Of a DNA stretch of 64,000 bases, positions 49,124-55,404 are shown piece after piece. Source of the stretch: Anaerohalosphaeraceae bacterium. Its GTDB lineage: Bacteria > Planctomycetota > Phycisphaerae > Sedimentisphaerales > Anaerohalosphaeraceae. The position numbers were made by a program, and so were the translations under genes. Position 1 is the first letter of the stretch, and each line of letters starts with the position of its first letter. The notes under the pieces are model-generated. The model did no database searches, was not told the origin of the DNA, and saw only the letters and a program-made list of their open reading frames with translations. The stretch is from the NCBI GenBank assembly GCA_050309605.1, contig JBNRMN010000034.1, forward strand, positions 32,001 to 96,000. Reading direction: 5' to 3'.

Positions 49124-50269
49124 TCAGCCTGTCCTTTCGCGCAGCGTTTCGATGAGCGCTTCGATGCGCACCGACAGCCGGGGCGAATCCGACGGCGCAT
49201 AATCGGTCACGATTTTCAAATAGCCCAGACCTTTGCGCTCGGCCAGTTGACGCACATGATAGGATTCCACATCGTATGTCAGACAACCCTGCCAGACGAG
49301 ATCGATGATGCAGTCGGCGCTGTAGTCCTCGGTCAATTGATCGAGCAGCTCAAGCCGTCGCGTATTCGGCGTCATCACCGAGCAGGGCAGATGGAAATAC
49401 GTCTCGGCAATCGCCTCCAGCGGATCGATGGCCTGTTCCTCTACATCGTCAAGAACGGGTTTGATGCCGGTACAGTTTTCCATACACACCACCCGTGCAC
49501 CGGTGTGTTCGATTAAATCAACAATACGCTCGGCGCCGTGGACAGTCGGCACGCCGGTCAATAACACACGAATGCCGCTGTCGATGGTTGAACCGGCTGT
49601 GTCGGCAGATTCAAGCAATCGCTCATATTCATTCAAATCGTCCTCGATGCCGGAGATGATGCTTTTGAAGTCCAGCAGCCGTCGGCCTGTCCACGGCGGC
49701 CGGGGGCGTTTCATTTGCTCGGCCAGTTGCCGCCGCAATGCGCGTTCGCGATTCATTCGTTTGATGGCGCTGCGCAGCGCGTCGTCCGTGATACGGCACG
49801 ACAGACGGTCTTCGAGTACTGCTTTGAGTTTTCGCACCTCGGCCAGCCAATGCGTTCGGGCATTCGGGTCGTCGGCCTTTTGCGGCAGTTCAAGGATGTG
49901 CATCGGACGTTGCTGTGCCATTAGCTCGAACATTTTCTTCTTGCCGTCGCAGGTGGTCTCAGCCACGATCAAATCGGCCATAGCCAGAAAGGGGTTGCTG
50001 TCGGTGATGTGGTAGCCATAGGTGGATTTAATCAGGGGGCACAGGCCGGCGGGCAGGTCCTGTTCGGCCGGGGCAATTGTTTCCAGCGACCCGCCGCACA
50101 GACACACCGGCACACCGCCGGCGGCAAGAATCAGTTCGCGCGGTGTGTATTCGCACATAATCCCGACGATGGGACGACCCTGGGATTGGGCGGCTGTCGC
50201 AAAGGCGTAACAGTGTTGAATCATTTGATCGAAGCGGCATTGTATCTGCGGGTTTTGGTTCTGTGTCAT
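49124..50269 (-). CDS. Double-cubane-cluster-type / 2-hydroxyacyl-CoA dehydratase family anaerobic reductase
   Basis: GIMCEYTPRE, LCGG, LCPLIKSTYG, AETTCDGKKKMFE, ENCTG, LPCSVMTPN, GCLTYDVE, TDY....RIEALIE. Confidence 0.85.
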   Translation of the reverse strand: MTQNQNPQIQCRFDQMIQHCYAFATAAQSQGRPIVGIMCEYTPRELILAAGGVPVCLCGGSLETIAPAEQDLPAGLCPLIKSTYGYHITDSNPFLAMADLIVAETTCDGKKKMFELMAQQRPMHILELPQKADDPNARTHWLAEVRKLKAVLEDRLSCRITDDALRSAIKRMNRERALRRQLAEQMKRPRPPWTGRRLLDFKSIISGIEDDLNEYERLLESADTAGSTIDSGIRVLLTGVPTVHGAERIVDLIEHTGARVVCMENCTGIKPVLDDVEEQAIDPLEAIAETYFHLPCSVMTPNTRRLELLDQLTEDYSADCIIDLVWQGCLTYDVESYHVRQLAERKGLGYLKIVTDYAPSDSPRLSVRIEALIETLRERTG

Positions 50270-50308
50270 TTGAATGTTCCTCTGACGATCAGGGGCTCAA
50301 ATCGATTC

Positions 50309-51124
50309 TTATGCGGTTTTTACCGCGACGAACAAAGCCTGGATGATTTTGCCCTCGCGGGCCAGTTTTTCCATGGCGGCCATCTCTTTGCCGATGGTGT
50401 TGAGCAGGGTCTGGTCAAAGCCGATAATTTTCAGGGCGTCATACGTAAGCTGCGTACCGACCATTTTTTGATAGAGTTCCACATGGTCGGCAAAGCGGCC
50501 GGTGTCTTCCAGGTGCTTGACGGTGCAGCCGCTTTGTTCAAGCAGAGCGGCGTATCCGCTGCGGCTCTGAAGGTTGGGGAATTTCATAAACGCCAGTGTC
50601 CGCTGCAATTCCTCGGCGGTCATCGGCACATCGCCGAGCACCCAGTCGGTAAAGGCAATCGTACCGCCGGGGCGGACGATGCGGCAGGCCTCGGCAATCA
50701 TCGTGTCTTTGTCTTCCACATAGCACCAGGCGTCCTCGCCCCAGACGAAATCGGCGCTGGCAGCGGCAAGTCCGCTATTGCAGACATCGGCCAGGACAAA
50801 CTGAATCTTATCGTCAGAATGTTCTTCCTGGCAACGTTTTTTACCCAGTTCGACCATCGCTGCTGTGGCATCAACGCCGGTCATGGCGGCGACGCCGCAG
50901 AACCGCACGAGGAAGCGCATCCCTGCGCCGCTGCAGCAGCAGAAATCCACGCCTTTGGTACCGGGCTGAATTGCGGCCTTCTTGGCCAGATCCATCGACG
51001 AGGTCAATCCGCCGATATGAATCTGCTCGCCCATGAGCAATTCCCAGAGTTTGCCTTCGGGGCCGCTATAAACCGTTTGAACCGCTGCCAGCGGACTGTT
51101 TGATTGTTGTGCTGTTTGCTTCAT
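50309..51124 (-). CDS. Class I SAM-dependent methyltransferase with Cys-rich motif I
   Basis: GEQIHIGG, VDFCCCSGAG (motif I), TGVDAT, FVLADVC, DAWCYV, RIVRPGGTIAFTDW. Confidence 0.88.
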   Translation of the reverse strand: MKQTAQQSNSPLAAVQTVYSGPEGKLWELLMGEQIHIGGLTSSMDLAKKAAIQPGTKGVDFCCCSGAGMRFLVRFCGVAAMTGVDATAAMVELGKKRCQEEHSDDKIQFVLADVCNSGLAAASADFVWGEDAWCYVEDKDTMIAEACRIVRPGGTIAFTDWVLGDVPMTAEELQRTLAFMKFPNLQSRSGYAALLEQSGCTVKHLEDTGRFADHVELYQKMVGTQLTYDALKIIGFDQTLLNTIGKEMAAMEKLAREGKIIQALFVAVKTA

Positions 51125-51140
51125 TGTGTAATCCGTTGAT

Positions 51141-51174
51141 AAAAAAAGCGGGCCGAAACTGTTTTTCGACCCGC
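51141..51174 (-). terminator. Intrinsic terminator between the small selenoprotein ORF and the methyltransferase operon
   Basis: GCGGGTCGAAA-AACAG-TTTCGGCCCGC (11-bp stem, one G-U) followed by T7. Confidence 0.8.
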
Positions 51175-51203
51175 CGATACTTGCTCTGTTGTGTGAGGAC
51201 TGC

Positions 51204-51464
51204 TTATCGCGTCAACTCCTCAATCGAATACCATCGGTTTTCCTGGTGGACGGTAAACGGTCCGGAATCGATGTCGATTTCGATGCGGAACCGCCTGCGG
51301 AAGTCCTCTGGCACTCGCCACGAGTACCGGCAGGTGCTGCCTCACCCATACTCCATAGAGCCGGTGCGCAGGAAACCGCCGTCTTCAAGCCGAGCTGTTT
51401 CGAAGTTTGTATAGAAAAACGAATAGCCAGGAGATTGCGAATGTTTTTTTTCGATTCCCGTCAT
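51204..51464 (-). CDS. Putative small soluble selenoprotein (86 aa, Sec41, G-U-G-S-T-C)
   Basis: MTGIEKKHSQSPGYSFFYTNFETARLEDGGFLRTGSMEYG-U-GSTCRYSWRVPEDFRRRFRIEIDIDSGPFTVHQENRWYSIEELTR. Single in-frame TGA at 51344-51342; SECIS-like hairpin 13 nt downstream; divergent from selA. Confidence 0.75.
51310..51328 (-). promoter_or_regulatory. Putative bacterial SECIS element
   Basis: GGUACUCG-UGG-CGAGUGCC: 8-bp stem, UGG loop, starting 13 nt after UGA. Confidence 0.7.
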
Positions 51465-51539
51465 GACTCCGATTCCAATGTGTCCGTCAATTCTTTAAAG
51501 ACGTTTGCCGTACGACGGTGTTACGAAGATTTTTGTTAT

Positions 51540-51664
51540 TTTTTACCGTTTTAACAGAAAAAAAGCAAGCGGATTCAACGACATTTTTGTATTGTACAAA
51601 AAAAGCACAAAATGTCTTGAATTTAAGTGTCTTGGCTTGCTTTTTGGGCGGATCGGCGTACAAT
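51540..51664. promoter_or_regulatory. Divergent promoter region (selenoprotein operon / selAB)
   Basis: Plus: TTGCTT(51637)-16nt-TACAAT(51659). Minus: TTGCTT(51568)-17nt-TAAAAA. Nested inverted repeats lie between them. Confidence 0.55.
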
Positions 51665-51710
51665 AACATCGCAGGCAGGGACTGATTGATCGGACTACGA
51701 AAGGCGGCTT

Positions 51711-53111
51711 ATGGAAGCACAGATTCAGGCGCAGCTTCGGCAGATTCCTTCGGTGGATGCGGTGTTATCGCAGATTCAGGCACATCCGGCGGCCCGGCGT
51801 GTGGGTGCGGCGATGCGGACGCAACTGGTGCGCGAGGTGATTGAGACAATCCGCCGGCAGGTGCGGGACGGGACATTTTCAGCCGATGCCGATATGGCCG
51901 GGGCGGTGCGGGACCGGATCGAGCGGCGACTGGAAGCGGTGGCGGGGGTGTTTTATCGACGGGTGGTCAATGCGGCCGGGATCATTCTGCACACCGGACT
52001 GGGACGGGCGCCGCTGGCGGGTGAGGTCCTGGAGCAGATCAGCTGGCAGTTGGGCGGGTATTCGCTGTTGCAGGTGGATGTCGAGGCGGGCAAGCGGTCC
52101 TCGCGAGATGGACGGATTGAAGACTTGCTCAAACTGCTGACCGGCGCCGAAGCGGCGACCGTGGTGAATAATAACGCCGCGGCCACGGCGCTGGTGCTGA
52201 ACACCATTGCCGCAGGCAAAGAGGTCATCGTGTCGCGCGGACAGCTCGTCGAGATCGGCGGGGCGTTTCGCCTGCCGGACGTGATGGCCTTTAGCGGGGC
52301 CAGGCTGGTCGAGGTGGGTACCACCAACAAGACGCACCTGCGGGATTATGAGAATGCGATTACCGAAAACACCGCCGCGATTTTGCGGGTGCATCCGAGC
52401 AATTATAAGATTACGGGTTTTACGAGCGAAGTGCCGCTGGAGGAGATGGTCAAGCTGGCCCACGCCAACGGCCTTTTGCTGTTTGATGATGTCGGGGCCG
52501 GGTCGCTGATTGATTTTTCGCGATTTGGATTTGAAAAAGAGCCGACGTTGATGGAATCGGTCGCCGCCGGGGCCGATGTGATTACCTCCAGCGGCGACAA
52601 ACTCATCGGGGCCTCTCAGGCGGGGATCGTCCTTGGCCGTGCCGAAATCATCCAGAAGGTGCGCAAAAATCAATTTGCGCGGATCGTGCGGGTCGATAAG
52701 TTTACGCTGGCGGCGTTGGAGGCGACGCTGAAATTGTTTCTGGATGAGGCGGCGGTGTTGGAAAAGGTGCCCGCCTTGCGGCTGATGCTGCGTTCGGCGG
52801 AGGAGATTCAGCGGCAGGCCGAGCGCATCTGCGAACGGGTGCAGAGGGCCTGCCCTGATGCGTGCGTCTCACTGCTGCCGGGCCAGTCGCAAATCGGAAG
52901 CGGCTCACTGCCCGGACAAAACCTGCCGACGACCCTGGTGGCAATTGCGTCGCCGCATCAATCCGCTGCGGCACTGGCCGACACGCTGCGGGGCGCTGCG
53001 ACGCCGGTCTTTACGCGCATCGGCGATGATCGTGTGCTGATTGACCCGCGCACGCTGCTGGACGGCGATGAGGCGATTTTGATTGAGACGCTGGTTGAAA
53101 TTCTGCATTAA
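51711..53111 (+). CDS. selA: L-seryl-tRNA(Sec) selenium transferase
   Basis: RVVNAAGIILHTGLGRAPL, VVNNNAAA, SRGQLVEIGGAFRLPDVM, EVGTTNKTH, HPSNY, SGDKLIG (PLP Lys), GSGSLP. Confidence 0.97.
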   Translation: MEAQIQAQLRQIPSVDAVLSQIQAHPAARRVGAAMRTQLVREVIETIRRQVRDGTFSADADMAGAVRDRIERRLEAVAGVFYRRVVNAAGIILHTGLGRAPLAGEVLEQISWQLGGYSLLQVDVEAGKRSSRDGRIEDLLKLLTGAEAATVVNNNAAATALVLNTIAAGKEVIVSRGQLVEIGGAFRLPDVMAFSGARLVEVGTTNKTHLRDYENAITENTAAILRVHPSNYKITGFTSEVPLEEMVKLAHANGLLLFDDVGAGSLIDFSRFGFEKEPTLMESVAAGADVITSSGDKLIGASQAGIVLGRAEIIQKVRKNQFARIVRVDKFTLAALEATLKLFLDEAAVLEKVPALRLMLRSAEEIQRQAERICERVQRACPDACVSLLPGQSQIGSGSLPGQNLPTTLVAIASPHQSAAALADTLRGAATPVFTRIGDDRVLIDPRTLLDGDEAILIETLVEILH

Positions 53112-53144
53112 AACAAACCATGAAGATCGTTTCAAGACATTATG

Positions 53145-53179
53145 CTCCGAACTAAGAACTACGAACTAAAAACTCCGAA
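53145..53179 (+). repeat. Five degenerate tandem heptamers in the selA-selB spacer
   Basis: CTCCGAA CTAAGAA CTACGAA CTAAAAA CTCCGAA. Confidence 0.6.
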
Positions 53180-53181
53180 TT

Positions 53182-55089
53182 ATGACCCAAATCAACATCA
53201 CTCTCGGCACCGCCGGGCATATTGACCACGGCAAGACGGCGTTGATCCGCTTGCTGACCGGCTGTGAGACCGACCGGCTCAAGGTCGAAAAACAGCGTGG
53301 CATGAGCATTGAGCTGGGCTTTGCCCCGTGTCTGCTGGGGGATAGGGAGGTGGGGATCGTCGATGTCCCCGGACACGAACATTTCATCAAGACGATGGTC
53401 GCCGGCGCCGCGGGCATTGACGGAGTGCTGTTTGTCGTGGCCGCCGATGACGGGATTATGCCTCAGACGCGCGAGCATCTGGAGATTTTGACCCTGCTGG
53501 GCGTGCGGCACGGCCTGACCGTCCTGACCAAGATCGATCGTGTTTCGGAGGAGCGCGTCGAGGCAGCGATCGATGAACTCCGAACGTTTTTGTGCGGCAC
53601 GTTTTTGCATGATGCCCCGATTTGCCCGATGTCCAGCATCACCGGGCAGGGATTCGACGGATTCTATACGGCGTTGAAAGATGTGGTCGCTTCCATATGC
53701 CCCAAAAGCATTGACGGGGTGTTTCGTCTGCCGGTGGAACGGGCGTTTTCGGTCAAGGGCTTCGGCACAGTGCTCAGCGGCATCCCCGCCGCCGGTTCGG
53801 CACAGATCGGCCAGGAAGTCGTCCTGCTGCCGAGCGGACAAACCGGACGCATCAAGGCGATACAGGTTTACGGCAAGCCGTCCGAATACGTGCGAAGCGG
53901 CCAGTGTGCGGCGCTGAATATCCCGCAGATGGATTATCGTACTATCCGACGGGGCGACGTGTTGACGGTAGAGGGGTATTTTTCTCCGACGCAGTGGTTT
54001 TTGTGTGCCGCCGCGGTGCTGCCCGGTCAGTCGCTGCCTGTTAAAAACGGTGCTGAGATGAGGTTCCACACCGGCACGGCGGATGTTGCGGCCAATGTTT
54101 ATCGTGTTGAGCGAGACGAGTACTTTGCCGACGGCGACTTCCTGCTTCAGATTCGTGCGCATACGCCGCTTGTGGCCGCCCCCGGCGACCGGTTTATCCT
54201 GCGGTCGCTGTCGCCGATGCGTACCGTCGGCGGGGGGCGCATCCTTCAGGCGATGTCATCGCGTCTTCGGTATGCTCACGGGCGGGGGCCGGCCTATGCC
54301 AAAGCACTGGCCGAGGCGCAGCGGAATGAAACGGCATTTGTCGCTTTTGCGGTGGAATCGGCGGCGTCCGGCGTCGCACGGCTTGATGATCTCACGTCGT
54401 TTACCAAGCAGAAGCCTGAGCGGGTGCGGCGGCTGCTGGCGGATTTGCTGCAGACACAAACCGTTGTCGCTTTGTCCGGCGATGTGTATATCCACGCCCG
54501 AAAACTGTCGGTGATGTGCCGGCACATCACCGAAACGCTTGAGCAGTTTCACGCCGACCATCCCGAACGGCCGGGCATGGATGCGGAAGCTTTAGCCGAG
54601 CGGCTTGAACTGGGCAAAGGCGTTTTTGATGCCCTGCTGGAAGTTGCCCTGAAACAAGGGACGGTCGTGCGGCGTCTGGATCGGCTGGCACTGCCGTCGC
54701 ACACCGAAACCTGCAATCCGGCTCTGGCAAAACGGCTCCGGCAAATCGAAACAGCGTTCCTGAAAAACCTGTTTGCTCCTCCCGGCCTCAATGAACTGAC
54801 GGCCGAGTCCGGCCTGACCCCATCACAAATCCGGGAGGCCATTACGATTTTGATCGAACAGAAAAAACTATTTTATGTGGACCGAACGATGGTATTCCAC
54901 GCCGAGGCCGTAAAGCAGGCCAAACGCCGTATTGCCGAGCATATTCAGGGCCAAGGGCGGGGCCGTCTGGAAAGCGTCGCATTCAAATACTTGATTGATA
55001 CGACCCGAAAATACGCCATTCCGCTGCTGGATTATATGGACAAAATCGGCTTTACCCGTCGGGTCGGCAATACACGTTACTTGAAATAA
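53182..55089 (+). CDS. selB: Selenocysteine-specific elongation factor
   Basis: GTAGHIDHGKT, DRLKVEKQRGMSIELGF, DVPGHEHF, TKID, VERAFSVKGFGTV, C-terminal SECIS-binding winged helix TTRKYAIPLLDYMD...TRRVGNTR. Confidence 0.97.
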   Translation: MTQINITLGTAGHIDHGKTALIRLLTGCETDRLKVEKQRGMSIELGFAPCLLGDREVGIVDVPGHEHFIKTMVAGAAGIDGVLFVVAADDGIMPQTREHLEILTLLGVRHGLTVLTKIDRVSEERVEAAIDELRTFLCGTFLHDAPICPMSSITGQGFDGFYTALKDVVASICPKSIDGVFRLPVERAFSVKGFGTVLSGIPAAGSAQIGQEVVLLPSGQTGRIKAIQVYGKPSEYVRSGQCAALNIPQMDYRTIRRGDVLTVEGYFSPTQWFLCAAAVLPGQSLPVKNGAEMRFHTGTADVAANVYRVERDEYFADGDFLLQIRAHTPLVAAPGDRFILRSLSPMRTVGGGRILQAMSSRLRYAHGRGPAYAKALAEAQRNETAFVAFAVESAASGVARLDDLTSFTKQKPERVRRLLADLLQTQTVVALSGDVYIHARKLSVMCRHITETLEQFHADHPERPGMDAEALAERLELGKGVFDALLEVALKQGTVVRRLDRLALPSHTETCNPALAKRLRQIETAFLKNLFAPPGLNELTAESGLTPSQIREAITILIEQKKLFYVDRTMVFHAEAVKQAKRRIAEHIQGQGRGRLESVAFKYLIDTTRKYAIPLLDYMDKIGFTRRVGNTRYLK

Positions 55090-55141
55090 GTCTGCTTGAA
55101 TCCATCGGCAAAAAAGGATATATTGGTCAAGAGAGGTGTTT

Positions 55142-55402
55142 ATGCGATACGGTGCAATTTCTGCCAAACTGTTGGCGCTGGGGGTGGGCAGTTTCGTCGT
55201 GCTGGTGGTTCTTCAGCCGGGGTGAGGCAATCCCTTTGGAGTGCTTGGAGCACTCCTGATGATGGTTAGTATGCCGCTGGCGCTGGTCTTCGGCGTTATC
55301 GGCGTGTTTCTGGACAAACCCCGCTGGCCGGCGATCATTGCCGCGCTGATTGCATTGCTCTTGCTGTTGCCGGTCGTGATGAACCTGGCCGGCTGGTGCT
55401 AA
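55142..55402 (+). CDS. Putative small 3-TM membrane selenoprotein (86 aa, Sec28, C-terminal Cys86)
   Basis: GAGG RBS 5 nt before ATG. MRYGAISAKLLALGVGSFVVLVVLQPG-U-GNPFGVLGALLMMVSMPLALVFGVIGVFLDKPRWPAIIAALIALLLLLPVVMNLAGWC. TGA at 55223-55225; SECIS-like hairpin 12 nt downstream; directly after selB. Confidence 0.78.
55238..55256 (+). promoter_or_regulatory. Putative bacterial SECIS element
   Basis: GGAGUGCU-UGG-AGCACUCC: perfect 8-bp stem, UGG loop, starting 12 nt after UGA. Confidence 0.72.
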
Positions 55403-55404
55403 GG

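Noticed and set aside
46889..49126. TGA stops of the three dehydratase-family genes as possible Sec codons
   Set aside because: Each follows the family's normal C-terminal R(L/I)(E/D)A(L/F)(I/L)E motif and abuts or overlaps the next start. No SECIS-like hairpin seen.
51189..51554. Plus-strand 121-aa and 104-aa ORFs over the selenoprotein region
   Set aside because: No recognisable motifs or RBS; they are antisense shadows of the minus-strand Sec ORF, which fits the operon, SECIS and terminator orientation.
53145..53179. Heptamer repeats as a CRISPR remnant
   Set aside because: Units are 7 nt with no spacers and no cas genes; this is a simple tandem repeat.
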